In this document: positions 51,077 through 61,981 of the stretch, piece after piece
Layout: each line of letters starts with the position of its first letter
Numbering within the stretch: position 1 is the stretch's first letter
DNA from: an uncultured Nitrososphaerota archaeon
GTDB taxonomy: Archaea > Thermoproteota > Nitrososphaeria > Nitrososphaerales > Nitrosopumilaceae
Reading direction: 5' to 3'
Length of the DNA stretch: 64,000 bases
Assembly (NCBI GenBank): GCA_963824385.1
Contig: CAWGPD010000001.1
Location: forward strand, 224,001 to 288,000
Notes under the pieces: model-generated
The model's input: only the letters and a program-made list of their open reading frames with translations
Told to the model about the DNA's origin: nothing
Databases searched by the model: none
Translations under genes and position numbers: made by a program

Positions 51077-51796
51077 GTGTATATCAAGTGCATCGTGGAT
51101 AAGAAAATTCTGATTGGTGTAGTTGTGATTTCTTTAATTCTCGGTTCTACCAATTCTGCATATGCCACAAAACATGATACTTCAATATTTTCAGGAGCAC
51201 GGCAATATGCAGATTCAAACGCTTACAAAAATGATAATTATAGTTTTTCAATTCAGCCTCCTCCCAACTGGGAAATTTTGACCAACTTCCCACAAAACCT
51301 AACAAATCAGGCAATAGTAATATTTTCAAATAATAATAATAGCCAGTTGGCCACATTTGGAATTTATCATAGATACATTGGTCAATACGTAATAGATGCA
51401 TTAAACAATCATACCGACAATGACATTCTTGCCACGATAAATCAAGAGATAACAATACCAAGTGCAGATTCCAAGACAGTCATGTATAACGGAATAGTTG
51501 ACAGATATAATGATGGTATACGCGTTGTCATTAGTTCTGCTACTCAGTATACTGCAGACAATTCTACATCGTTCAGTGAAAATATATTTTATTATCTTAA
51601 TAATGGAAACCAGTATACATTAGATCTGACAAGTAATCCTAATAGCATTGATAAAAATTCACAATTATTTGAAGATTCAGCAAACACATTTCTAGTGAGT
51701 CAGACCAGTCCAGTACCAGAATTCCCCATCGCTCTTGTTATGCTGATAGTTGGAATGTTCTTAATCATCTTTATTTCTAAAATAAAAAACCAATAA
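51077..51796 (+). CDS. Exported PsbP-like protein with PEF-CTERM anchor
   Basis: YKN..YSFSIQPP.NW, VPEFP followed by TM. Confidence 0.7.
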   Translation: MYIKCIVDKKILIGVVVISLILGSTNSAYATKHDTSIFSGARQYADSNAYKNDNYSFSIQPPPNWEILTNFPQNLTNQAIVIFSNNNNSQLATFGIYHRYIGQYVIDALNNHTDNDILATINQEITIPSADSKTVMYNGIVDRYNDGIRVVISSATQYTADNSTSFSENIFYYLNNGNQYTLDLTSNPNSIDKNSQLFEDSANTFLVSQTSPVPEFPIALVMLIVGMFLIIFISKIKNQ

Positions 51797-51973
51797 ACAA
51801 AATGTACGCTATACGACGGATTTATGAACGAGTGACAATATCAGAATGTCAAGCAGGACAGGTATAACGTGGGCATAGATTGCATCCGGAATACGGAATA
51901 TATAGGAAAACATGAACATGAGTCTAAAAACTATGAGTGAACAGTTATTATGTAGCATTTAGCAACGAAAACC

Positions 51974-52117
51974 ATGTCAACAGAAGACAGACAAATGTTT
52001 CCTGCCACATGCGCAGATTGTAAAAAAGAAACACAGGTTCCCTTCAAACCAGCAGAAGGAAGACCAGTATATTGCAAAGAATGTTTACCAAAACATCGTC
52101 CAGCACGAAGATTTTAG
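51974..52117 (+). CDS. CxxC-x17-CxxC zinc-ribbon protein (47 aa)
   Basis: Manual translation MSTEDRQMFPATCADCKKETQVPFKPAEGRPVYCKECLPKHRPARRF. Confidence 0.88.
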   Translation: MSTEDRQMFPATCADCKKETQVPFKPAEGRPVYCKECLPKHRPARRF

Positions 52118-52207
52118 GCTGAAAAACGCTTAAAAAAAATTTTTTTGAACTCAAACAATATTGTCAAATCAGAAAGATTAAGTCATTTTCAGAACACAGT
52201 ATAGTAG

Positions 52208-52763
52208 TTGTCCAAGTCACATTCAGCAGAAAACTTTGCTAAAGAGAGACATTCTGGAATGACTAAAAAGGATGGGGTGACACCATATTACGAACATTTA
52301 GCCGCGGTGGTAGCCAGACTCAAGAATCTTGGAATATCAGATGAAGATGCAATATCATCTTCATGGTTACACGATATAATCGATTATACTGAAACAAGTT
52401 TTGATGAACTAAATCAAAGATTTGGTTCCAAAGTAGCAGTTCTAGTCTTGTCAGTATCAAGAGACAAGAGTTTGCCTAGAATCAGACAAGAAGAGCAATA
52501 TGTAAAACAGCTGAAAAGGAACATCTTTTGAAGCAAAACTAATCAAACTATGTGACATATCAGCAAGTCTCAGAGATTTGAAGAATTCGTCACTTTCAAA
52601 GACAAAGAAAACAAAAGAAGTAAAAAAAATGGTATTCTATCTAAATATAATAAAATCAGATCTAATCAAAAATAAATCCCAATTTCCAGGAATCTTCAGT
52701 TTGATCAGCGGAATTAATGATATGATTTCCGCATATGGGCAAAGGCCCATTATCATTCAGTGA
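52208..52763 (+). pseudogene. RelA/SpoT-like HD-domain protein, +1 frameshift near 52517
   Basis: H.G...KDG.TPY..H, WLHD, FG.KVA.LV. Continues EAKLIKLCD in the next frame. Confidence 0.8.
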
Positions 52764-52834
52764 TGTTTACTAAGAATACAATTATTTTTAAAAATTCAAT
52801 AGCCTTTTTAGAGTTGAATTAGAAAAGAGATTCA

Positions 52835-53137
52835 ATGGTACTAGAACCATACATTCAAAAAGATATTGACAGTGCTATTAAAAATTGGTGTCCAAATGTG
52901 ACACTTCTAAAGAAAGAGGAATCTCGTTCGCAGAAAGTTTGGAAATTTAAAAGTGGTTCAGATTTCATATACGGGTATTTAGTTGGTCAGATGGAAGGAT
53001 ACATTGCAGGTATGATTGTTGGAAGATATGGTAAGATACCAGATGCGAATGAAACCAAAGAGATTAGAAAAATGGTTGAAATACGCGCAAAAGAAATTAG
53101 ACAAGTAATGTCTGACTACGATAGCAAAGAAAGATAG
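52835..53137 (+). CDS. Hypothetical protein
   Basis: DFIYGY.VG motif; paralog of the next gene. Confidence 0.7.
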   Translation: MVLEPYIQKDIDSAIKNWCPNVTLLKKEESRSQKVWKFKSGSDFIYGYLVGQMEGYIAGMIVGRYGKIPDANETKEIRKMVEIRAKEIRQVMSDYDSKER

Positions 53138-53194
53138 AACTAAAATTCTTTACAAGGTAATCATATTTTTATTAGACAGCATTATTTCACAAAT

Positions 53195-53497
53195 ATGGCA
53201 TTAGAAAAAAAGGACAAAAAAATGCTTGATACAATGATCGAAGAGGAGATAATCAAGATTCCAGGACTTGTAAGAAACCTCAGGTTGCCTCAATTCCAAG
53301 ACGCATTTCAAATTAAAAATGAGTCAGAGTACGTATACGGATATACCCATGGTTCTATAATTGGAAAGTTTGAAACCTATTATTTCGTGGTCCACTCTGG
53401 GAAAAAACCAAATGGTATAGAAGTTGACGAAATTGGAAAAACAATATTTGAAAAATCTGGCGAAATAAGAAATGCTATTTCTAAAAGTAGTGAATAG
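53195..53497 (+). CDS. Hypothetical protein
   Basis: EYVYGY.HG motif; paralog of the previous gene. Confidence 0.7.
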   Translation: MALEKKDKKMLDTMIEEEIIKIPGLVRNLRLPQFQDAFQIKNESEYVYGYTHGSIIGKFETYYFVVHSGKKPNGIEVDEIGKTIFEKSGEIRNAISKSSE

Positions 53498-53526
53498 TTA
53501 GACAGTAAAATAAGAAGATCAGAGAA

Positions 53527-54280
53527 TCAGGATAACATTAATGGAATAGTGAATTTAAAAGACGCCCCATTTTTCCGATCAGAGTTAACCCAAATTCTAC
53601 CACCGTGTTCTTCTACAATACCTCTACAGATAGTCAGCCCAAGACCTGAACCTCCATATTTTCTAAATTGCCTAGAATTACCCTTGTAAAACTTGTCAAA
53701 TATTTTGTCCAAATCCTCAGAATCTTATGCCCTCTCCATTATCTTCAACAACAAACAACAAATCAGAAGTTCGGTCTTTTTCAATTTTTATTGTAATTTT
53801 ACCATCAATTTTAGGAACAAAATCTACTGAGTTTTTTACAAGGTTTACAATTACCTGTTTAATCATATTTTCATCAGCATAAATTTGTCCAGACATATCG
53901 ACTACTATTTTTAATTCAATTTGTTTTTCAGCAATAATTGGTTTTAAGAGATTCATACAATCATCCATAAGAGTCTGTACGTTAACTTTAGTTTTTGAAA
54001 ACTCTAATGATTTTAATTCTAGTTTATGCACATAAGAAATATCTTTTACCAATTCTTCTAATTTATCGGCGCACCTATGAATTGTAGTAACCATTCTTTC
54101 CTGTTTTTCATTCAATGGACCAGGAATATGAGATTCTAGCATTTCTACACATATTTTAATTGGAGAAAGTGCAGACTTTAAATCATGATTGATTATAGAC
54201 ACATCTAAGGCATTTAGTGCAGTTACTCGTTCTTGTTCATTTGGTTGCAAATTTGATTCAGATAGACGGTCTTTTGCCAT
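53527..54280 (-). pseudogene. Cytoplasmic histidine kinase (HisKA plus HATPase), +1 frameshift near 53720
   Basis: HDLKSAL.P, QV..NL.KN, DNGEGI, then IFDKFY..GGSGLGL in the next frame. Confidence 0.88.
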
Positions 54281-54453
54281 GACTATAACAAAATAATCAT
54301 CTAAAACATGATATAAGAAACAGTCAGGATACTTCGAACAAACAAAAACAGATTAGAAAATATTAAAATAAATATTAAAAATTGTTATAAATGAAAATAT
54401 TAGATAAAAATTGAGAAAAATGAGGAATCAGATATCATTCTGAATGCCTTATC

Positions 54454-54759
54454 TTATTGGGAACCTTCTACTAGTTCAGCAGAAGCAAATCTTTGGCCTA
54501 CTTGGGTAATTCTTACCTTTGCATTCTGGCCAGCCTTGCCGTCTTTAACAAATATCACAAAGCCTTCTACTCTTGCAATACCGTCGCCTTTTCTACTGAT
54601 TTCAGTAATAGAAACGTCGTATTCTTTTCCGGTTTCTACTGGTTTTGGACCGTTATCAAAACTTCTACCGCCGCCACCGCCGCCGAATCTTCGACCGCCG
54701 CCGCCGTATCCGCCGTTTGAACGTCCGCCATAGGAACTTCCTCTATCGTTGTAACTCAT
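54454..54759 (-). CDS. TRAM-domain RNA-binding protein with Gly/Arg-rich N-terminus
   Basis: PKPVE.GKEYDV.I..ISRKGDGIARV.GFVIFV. GGAGGTG RBS. Confidence 0.92.
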   Translation of the reverse strand: MSYNDRGSSYGGRSNGGYGGGGRRFGGGGGGRSFDNGPKPVETGKEYDVSITEISRKGDGIARVEGFVIFVKDGKAGQNAKVRITQVGQRFASAELVEGSQ

Positions 54760-54900
54760 CGTCGCACCTCCTTCTAATTACAAAATAGATGACACTCAAT
54801 AAAAATGCTCGAAATTAGTTTTTGATGTCAAAATTTTGACTCTTTTTCGATCATTGACTCATTTCATTATGCTTAATACGGATAGAGAGCGTCAATATTT

Positions 54901-54954
54901 ATGGCAAAAGCCAAAGCAAAACCAAAAGCAAAAGCAAAAGCAAAGAAGAAATAA
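54901..54954 (+). CDS. Putative 17-aa Lys/Ala micropeptide MAKAKAKPKAKAKAKKK
   Basis: ATG to TAA with synonymous codon variation. TTAATA about 25 nt upstream; hairpin and T-tract downstream. Confidence 0.5.
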   Translation: MAKAKAKPKAKAKAKKK

Positions 54955-55178
54955 AAAATCTGACCTGTAAAAGGTCTTATCCTTTTTCTAAGATTCTTAG
55001 ATTTTGTTATCTCTAACAATTTCTCACACCATGCGATGAGAGTTTCATGGTTGAGATTCCCAATTTACGTTCAAAATATCCCATAGTCATAGTATGAAAT
55101 TTTATAAAAATTAGCACTAGAAATAAAATCTTTTAAATTGATCAATGGTTTTTACGATCTTACTAGGAGTAATACGAT

Positions 55179-55553
55179 ATGAGTATAACAAAGACTGTAG
55201 ATTTAGATCAGTTTTGTAAGTCTATCATGATTGCAGATAGAAATGTACGTTCTGTTTCAGTAATAGACAAAAAAGGAAAAGTAGTTCACAACATATCTAA
55301 TCGAAGATTTGTGCAACCGAGTATAGAGAAATGGAATGATATCCATTACATGGAATGTATGTTTGACATTTCCATGGGAGTAAAGTTTGACAATCTATAC
55401 GGACCTATTAGATATCATCATTCAGACAAAGATAATTTTATGATGTTTAGTTTTCCGTACAATAAATACATCACAATCATTACAAGCACAAAAAAGATTA
55501 GCCCTATTGCATTTGCAACAAAGATATCCAAAATTATAATCAATTTCAAATAA
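55179..55553 (+). CDS. Roadblock/longin-like hypothetical protein
   Basis: VRSVSVIDKKGK...FD..YGPIRY. Confidence 0.65.
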   Translation: MSITKTVDLDQFCKSIMIADRNVRSVSVIDKKGKVVHNISNRRFVQPSIEKWNDIHYMECMFDISMGVKFDNLYGPIRYHHSDKDNFMMFSFPYNKYITIITSTKKISPIAFATKISKIIINFK

Positions 55554-55585
55554 GTGTAATCAAAGTCAACATGATTTTTTCCATG

Positions 55586-55891
55586 TCATAAAGTTTTCAA
55601 TCTATCCACAGCCTTCTTGAAATCATTCATTGGAACAATTTTCACAGTACTTATTGAAGATATTCCCACAGTTATGCATAACTGCTCAATATCATGTGCA
55701 CTTGATGCATCCATAATTATTGTCCATTCATGCTCAAGAACAGACATATAAAAGCCCAATATTTTTTGGATATGAAATTTTCTTTTATTTGCTTTTAGTT
55801 TATCTTGTATTTCTAGAAATATTTTTTTGCTGTTTTTATTGTTTAGTGGACATAATTCCGGACTATGTACAGCGAAAACTCCAAAGAGCAT
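55586..55891 (-). CDS. Hypothetical protein (GYD/DUF3303-like ferredoxin fold)
   Basis: HSPELCP, EH...I.DA, V.IVP. Confidence 0.6.
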   Translation of the reverse strand: MLFGVFAVHSPELCPLNNKNSKKIFLEIQDKLKANKRKFHIQKILGFYMSVLEHEWTIIMDASSAHDIEQLCITVGISSISTVKIVPMNDFKKAVDRLKTL

Positions 55892-56073
55892 AATCTCAAT
55901 CCAAAGTTATTTCTAATAAAGATTAAGGCGTGTAATAAGACAGATGGAATGGTGATATAATAGTTGATTCTCAATTTTGGATTCCAAAATTGCATTTATA
56001 TGAAAATATGATTTAGGCATCAATAGATGAACTTATTATTTATCATGATTTTGAATATTAGGAGTACAAATAA

Positions 56074-56500
56074 TTGAAACAAAAAATTAGTAAAATTCTT
56101 GTTCCTATGGATGGTTCTGACAAATCATTCAAGGCCCTCAATGAAGCAATTTACTTGGCAAGACAGTGCCACAGTACAATTACAGGTTTGTGTATCATTC
56201 CCATCTATACCATAAATTTGGGGAAATTACTGACTTCATTAAGGAATCAATCTCAGAAAGAGGCAAAAAAGTTCTTGGCAGAAGCAAAAAAGAAATGTGC
56301 ACAAAATGGCATTGTATTTAGTGAAAAAATAATTTATGGAAACCAATCTTGGGAGATAACAGAATTTGCGGCATACAAAAAATTCGATCTGATTGTAATA
56401 GGTTCACGTGGAATGAGTCGAGCAAAAGAAGACTTTCCTTGGCAGTGTGGCAAGTAACATAGTTCACAAATCCAAAGTTCCAGTACTTGTTGTAAAATAA
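56074..56500 (+). pseudogene. Universal stress protein, +1 frameshift near 56430
   Basis: ILVPMDGS, DLIVIGSRG, then FLGSVASNIVHKSKVPVLVVK* in the next frame. Confidence 0.88.
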
Positions 56501-56561
56501 TCACAATGTCAGAATTGAAACTGAAAAAATCGTTTAAATTAATGATTACTCGAATAACCAC

Positions 56562-56990
56562 ATGATAGAGCATATCATGATAGCATATGATAAATCAGAG
56601 CCGGCCAATCGTGCTTTTGAATATGCAGTAGATCTCGCAAAAAAATACAATTCCACTATCAGCATAGTATCATGTATAGTAATTCAGGTTCCTACAGATC
56701 CTTATTTTGGAACAGCATATATGGAAACTACAAAGTTATTGAGAGAGGATGCACTTGGTTCAATATCAAAACTAGAACCAAGGTTGAAAGAATCAAACAT
56801 GCCATTTAAGACAGAGGTGTTAGAAGTAATATCAATTACAGAATCTTTGATTTCATATTCAGAGTCACATAACGTCGATTTAATAGTAATTGGCTCTCGC
56901 GGATTGGGAGGTTTTAAGAAATTATTGCTCGGAAGTGTAGCAAGCGGAGTATCCCAACATTCAAAGTGTCCAGTGCTGATTGTAAAATAA
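56562..56990 (+). CDS. Universal stress protein
   Basis: DLIVIGSRGLGGFKKLLLGSVA..V.....CPVLIVK. Confidence 0.92.
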   Translation: MIEHIMIAYDKSEPANRAFEYAVDLAKKYNSTISIVSCIVIQVPTDPYFGTAYMETTKLLREDALGSISKLEPRLKESNMPFKTEVLEVISITESLISYSESHNVDLIVIGSRGLGGFKKLLLGSVASGVSQHSKCPVLIVK

Positions 56991-57017
56991 TACGAATGCA
57001 AGCAATGTATTTTTAGA

Positions 57018-57608
57018 TTATTTTCTATATCGTGATACAAATGTGTTAGAAGAATCACCATTCAAGTCCAGTACAAATTGTTGTCGTATAAGTTTACCAT
57101 AGACAATTAGATCCCTTGCCAGCATATCTAATCGCGATTCTAGTTTTGATGTAATTTTTCCATTTATGAAATCATCGCTATCACTTACAGACACTCCATA
57201 TGGAATACTCCATCCATAGCACTGTCTAACTGCGGTTCTCATCTGGTCCATTGCTGTGAGGCCCTTCTCATGAGATGCACAAATATATCCAAATGTTTTT
57301 CCTGCAAATTCCGCCCAAAAATAATCAAGAAAATTCTTCATAGCTCCAGACATAGAACCGTGATAATCAGGAGTAGAAAGAATTAGTGCGTCAGACCAGT
57401 TAACATCATCTTGGACTTTTGTTATCTCAGCAATGGATTGATTTTCAGTTGGATCATATAATGGCAATTTGGTTTGTTTCAGGTCAAGTAGTCGTACTTC
57501 TGCACCCTGTTTTTTTGCAAAATCCAATGCAATTGACAAGGCAGTTGTACTTGATGCACTTTCACGAAGACTAGATCCCACTCCTAGAACTTTGAACGTC
57601 AATACCAA
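57018..57608 (-). CDS. NADPH-dependent FMN reductase
   Basis: GSSLRESASS, STPDYHGSMSGAMKNFLD. Confidence 0.9.
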   Translation of the reverse strand: MVLTFKVLGVGSSLRESASSTTALSIALDFAKKQGAEVRLLDLKQTKLPLYDPTENQSIAEITKVQDDVNWSDALILSTPDYHGSMSGAMKNFLDYFWAEFAGKTFGYICASHEKGLTAMDQMRTAVRQCYGWSIPYGVSVSDSDDFINGKITSKLESRLDMLARDLIVYGKLIRQQFVLDLNGDSSNTFVSRYRK

Positions 57609-57678
57609 CTAATTATTTAATGGGAATAAATAATCTCGTTTTCTTAGGTTTTTCAAATTTTGAAATATAAAATTAGTG

Positions 57679-57704
57679 TGACCGAGTTTTACAATCCATA
57701 GTCA
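57679..57704. promoter_or_regulatory. TGACCG-N14-TAGTCA dyad in a divergent promoter
   Basis: Near-copy of 5189-5214, followed after 5 nt by TATAAG. Confidence 0.55.
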
Positions 57705-57748
57705 ACTAATATAAGAAATTTCAATATTTCTTAGGAGTATAGCATAAT

Positions 57749-57955
57749 TTGAAATTCTATATAGAATTTAATCCATGTAAGGAATGTAAGAACATAATTA
57801 AAGAATTAAAAGATGATGATATTCACGTACAAACTGACGAGGGATCTAAGAAATTTTTACGGCATATAACTTATAATCATACTGAAGTAGTTCAAGCAAT
57901 TATCGAGGAATTTCCAAAAGAGTCTGATAAGGATAACTTTCCGTGGTTTAGATAA
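57749..57955 (+). CDS. Small protein with CxxC...H..H (zinc-finger-like)
   Basis: CKEC and HITYNH. GGAG RBS. Confidence 0.6.
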   Translation: MKFYIEFNPCKECKNIIKELKDDDIHVQTDEGSKKFLRHITYNHTEVVQAIIEEFPKESDKDNFPWFR

Positions 57956-57976
57956 GTCGTATTTTCACATCGCGTC

Positions 57977-58597
57977 TCATTTTCTGAACCATTCCTGGGT
58001 AATTTTTTTAATTTCATCTATTGATTTTTTCATATTTTCAGTTTTGATTACATCATCTGCATTCATACCCTCAGCCAGAATTCCACGTACATCTGAAAAT
58101 CCCATAAACTGAAACTCTATTTTAGTAAGCGACATTGCATGCTCCCAATGTATCATGGGTTCTTTTGTATAAAATCCCCCAGATGATACAATTATCAAAG
58201 CTTTTTTCCCTTCCATCAAACCAAAATATTTTCCATCTGCATTATTCCATGTCTGACCCTTTAACATGACAGAATCAAACCAAGCCTTTACAGCAGCAGG
58301 CATTGAAAAGTTATGCATTGGAAAAGCCACTACAACAATATCAGCAGATTTGATTTGTTGTGTCATACGATCCATTTTTGCCAGTGTTATTTTTTGTTCA
58401 GGTAAAAGTTCTTCTTTTAGATAATTTCTTCTAATGTAAGCGTTTATGCTTTCAACATTGAACATATCTGGAACATCTACACAAAGATCTAAAACTTCAA
58501 CCTCAGAATTTTTTATTTCGTTCCTAAATACATTCAATAATTTCTTACTACTAGACCTTTCTTCTCTCGGAGTATATTTTACAAGCAGTGTCTTCAA
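57977..58597 (-). CDS. azoR: FMN-dependent NADH-azoreductase
   Basis: PR...S.S, ADIVV.AFPMHNFSMPAAVKAWFD, SSGG.Y. Confidence 0.85.
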   Translation of the reverse strand: MKTLLVKYTPREERSSSKKLLNVFRNEIKNSEVEVLDLCVDVPDMFNVESINAYIRRNYLKEELLPEQKITLAKMDRMTQQIKSADIVVVAFPMHNFSMPAAVKAWFDSVMLKGQTWNNADGKYFGLMEGKKALIIVSSGGFYTKEPMIHWEHAMSLTKIEFQFMGFSDVRGILAEGMNADDVIKTENMKKSIDEIKKITQEWFRK

Positions 58598-58655
58598 GAT
58601 CTATTTTTTAGAATTCAATGTATATAATACATACTAACAAAAAATTGATTTAATT

Positions 58656-60050
58656 TTACAGATATGATGATACATTTGGAGTTTGATTTATGCTTCGCTC
58701 TATTGCAGAATAAATTGGAGTCTCCAATCTACTAAGAGTCTTTTTCCTAATGAACCCTACAGTCATTATATCTGCAGGAAAGATCAGACTAAGTAACCAA
58801 TCAAATCCAACTTTAATTTTCTTTTCACGTGTTGGCAAGTGTGACCAATAGAATGATCTCCACAAAACCCATGCTGAGAATCCACGAATTTTTCTCCCAT
58901 TCAATAATGCAACACCTGTTCGCTTTCCAATTGTAGCCATTACTCCTTTGTTATGATAATCAAATGTCTTCATTGAACTTGCGTTGCCAGTAATTTCTGC
59001 AACCAGGTTCTCTGAGACCAACTTGGCCTGTCTTATTGCTATCTGTGCAGTTGGAGGATATGCAACTTTGGTTTTGTCGTCAATCAGATTAGCGCAGTCC
59101 CCTAATGCAAAGATACTAGGATAATCTTTTAGTCTCAGATACGAGTCAACGACTAATCGACCCGACTGACCATGTTCACACTTGAGTGAAGCTATCAGTG
59201 GATCTACTGTTACCCCTCCTGCCCAGATCAAAGTAGCACATGGAACTATAGTATTATCACTTAAAAGCACATGATCTTCCCCTGCATCCACTGCCTTGGT
59301 ATTTGAGATTACTTCAATTCCTGATTTTCGGACATAATCAAGTGCAAATTTACCAAGTTCATCCCCTACTTCTGGTAATATACCATCTCTTGCAGATATG
59401 ATAATGACAGAGATTTTTTTAAAATCTATATTTTTGTAATATTTTTTTGCTGCATTTTGTAGGAAATGATGAATTTCTGTTGCAATTTCTACTCCTGCAA
59501 ATCCTCCACCAACTACAACAAATCTAAGAAGTTGTTCTTGGAGAATTGGATCTCTTTCCTGATCAGCACATTCCAGTACGCTTATGATATGATTTCTAAT
59601 AGCTATTGCATCCTCCAGAGTCTTTATAGTAAATGCAAATTCTTCGATGTTATTATTTCCAAAGAAATTATCCTTACTACCAAGAGCAAGAACAAGATAA
59701 TCATATTCCAATACAGTTTCTTTTTGATCAAATATTCTAACTACAGAAACACTTTTGTTTTCTACATCAATTGACAGAATCTTTGCATGACAAAAATTTG
59801 CCATCTTACAAAAAGTTCTGACAGGTGTTGTAATATCACTTGCATGAAGCATTCCTGATGAGATTTCTGGAAGCATGGGCGTAAAAAGGAAAAAGTTGTC
59901 TTGACTAACCAAAGTAATTTCAGTATCACTGCCTTTGAATTTATGTTGGATTTCTCGTAGAACATTGCTTCCAGCAAAGCCACCTCCAAGTATGAGAATC
60001 CTAGTCTTGGCGGGATTTTTTGTACTAAATTTTCGTATCATATCAGGCAT
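58656..60050 (-). CDS. ndh: Type II NADH dehydrogenase family FAD oxidoreductase
   Basis: Two GGGFAG motifs, FLFTPML, YDYLVLALG, WAGG, ALGD, PPTAQ.A, KG.MATIG. Confidence 0.85.
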   Translation of the reverse strand: MPDMIRKFSTKNPAKTRILILGGGFAGSNVLREIQHKFKGSDTEITLVSQDNFFLFTPMLPEISSGMLHASDITTPVRTFCKMANFCHAKILSIDVENKSVSVVRIFDQKETVLEYDYLVLALGSKDNFFGNNNIEEFAFTIKTLEDAIAIRNHIISVLECADQERDPILQEQLLRFVVVGGGFAGVEIATEIHHFLQNAAKKYYKNIDFKKISVIIISARDGILPEVGDELGKFALDYVRKSGIEVISNTKAVDAGEDHVLLSDNTIVPCATLIWAGGVTVDPLIASLKCEHGQSGRLVVDSYLRLKDYPSIFALGDCANLIDDKTKVAYPPTAQIAIRQAKLVSENLVAEITGNASSMKTFDYHNKGVMATIGKRTGVALLNGRKIRGFSAWVLWRSFYWSHLPTREKKIKVGFDWLLSLIFPADIMTVGFIRKKTLSRLETPIYSAIERSINQTPNVSSYL

Positions 60051-60421
60051 CTACCATGATATCCATCAAGAAGATAAAAAGAATGCGTATTACACATGCA
60101 TAATCAACTGGTAATACATCAATAAACTAGTAGCTTATGTGAGATGAACAAACCCGTAGAAATTATTTGTGTATCACATATTAGTAGAAAAGTATCAGTT
60201 TGTTCTATTTCAATAAGGATTGCCTCAATACTAAATCTATGTCCATATAGAGACAACTGTGATTTTCATAGAGAGAGTAAAAGAATATACTGGAATAGAT
60301 TTGTTAAAACCAAATTCGCTCAAGTATATAACTTTGTCAGATTTCCGAAATTAATTTTAACCATTAATGAAATTCTTTAGACATAGAGGGTAATTGAAGG
60401 TAAAATAAAGTACTATACAAG

Positions 60422-60505
60422 ATGATTACATGTCCAAACTGTGAAACTGTGCATATCTCAGAATCTGCACTGGTATGTTCAGACTGTGGAATTGCATTTA
60501 ATTAG
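60422..60505 (+). CDS. Putative 27-aa zinc-ribbon microprotein
   Basis: MITCPNCETVHISESALVCSDCGIAFN, with two CxxC motifs. Confidence 0.55.
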   Translation: MITCPNCETVHISESALVCSDCGIAFN

Positions 60506-60617
60506 CCAACATATCCAGACATAAGAAAAAATCTAACCTATTAGAAAATAACAGCCTATGTACTTTTGAAGAATAAGTAATGCATGGAAATTTATTCTGC
60601 CATAGTAGGAATCAATC

Positions 60618-60923
60618 ATGCATAAAGACAAGGGCATTTGCAAAGGCGCATGTAAAGAATACAAAGTTAGAAAACCAAGAGATGGAACTAGTAGATATTC
60701 ATCAGGCCAAGTGCGCTGTCAGATCTGCGGCGTATTCATGTCAAGAGAGGCATGCCATGATAGAGAAGACAAACCTGCAACTGATGAAACTGTAGATTTG
60801 TATTGCAATTGTTGCAATTGCATGGTAAGATCAAGACCTAGAAACAAACCTGGAACTAAGCATAGTAAAAAAACACCTCAAGAAGAATACGATGAACTAA
60901 AAGAATTAAGAAAAAAATATTGA
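60618..60923 (+). CDS. Cys-rich putative zinc-binding protein
   Basis: CKGAC...RY..GQVRCQIC...CNCC. Paralog of 8620-8925. Confidence 0.7.
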   Translation: MHKDKGICKGACKEYKVRKPRDGTSRYSSGQVRCQICGVFMSREACHDREDKPATDETVDLYCNCCNCMVRSRPRNKPGTKHSKKTPQEEYDELKELRKKY

Positions 60924-60930
60924 AAAGAAT

Positions 60931-61673
60931 TTACATATTACAAGGATGTATTTTTCCACTCTGATTCAGACTTTCCAGATTTAAAATGGCATCATGATAA
61001 CTTGCTCTATTTGCAACTTCATGTTCTAGTTTATTGATACCTTTTTGTCCATTAACAAAATCATGCATTCTAGATGGATGAATAGCGTGTAGTAATTGAT
61101 GAACCAATACAACAGTTACCATCCTCCTATTATCCCTGGTATCTTCACGTAGTATATCATGAATACAAATTTTGTATGAGGGTTGACTTCGCAATCCTCT
61201 AATCAGATTGATATCTCCTGACGCATTTCCATTATTTTGTATCTTCGCATCAAAGGTCTTATGGGCAAAGAAATTTGCACAGTCTACAAAGTTTTTATCA
61301 TCAGGTTTTTCATCATGATATTCCACAATCAAATTTTTTGCATCTTCCAGACAATCAGATAGCCAATACGGATTATCCATTGAGGGGATCACCGAAGTTA
61401 CTTTTTCCACACTAGGTTCCACATGGATGCTTGTATTATCAGTTGAAGAAGGCATATGCAATTCATTTGGAGCTTGAGATCCAATAGAATTTGAAAAAGC
61501 ATCTGCTTTTACATATTCTACATTCTCAAGCATCACACATTTGTGTCTCTGAGGTGAGAGATGGTCTTTACAATAGACATATCCACATAATTTACAAGGC
61601 ATACTCAAAGTCCCTTCGACTTTTGCCCCATCAAATGTACAATATTTTTCCGTAATTTTGGAGCATAATCCAT
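60931..61673 (-). CDS. AN1-type zinc finger fused to a zincin-like domain with HQLLH
   Basis: CKLCGYVYCKDHLSPQRHKC and VLVHQLLHAIH...H. The likely start is ATG 61673, with one A missing in a homopolymer. Confidence 0.65.
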
Positions 61674-61981
61674 TGAAATAAAGTTGATTGTTTACGGATT
61701 TGACTAAAAGGTATAGGACATCTAAGTATTTTATGAAATTACGCAATATGAAAAATACTCATTTTTAGGATGTAACATATCAAACGATTCATAATTTTCC
61801 CCATCAGTATACCTTTCATCGAAATTCTAGCCCTCCAAGCAATAAGTAAATTATCAATTTGTGGAACTAGTGTGATACCTAAAATTTTCAACAATAGAGA
61901 GTTTTCACAATTACGTTTAGTACAATAATTGTCTTTTCAGCAAGAATTATCAAGTGAAGTTTTTAGTTGCTACCAATCAGA

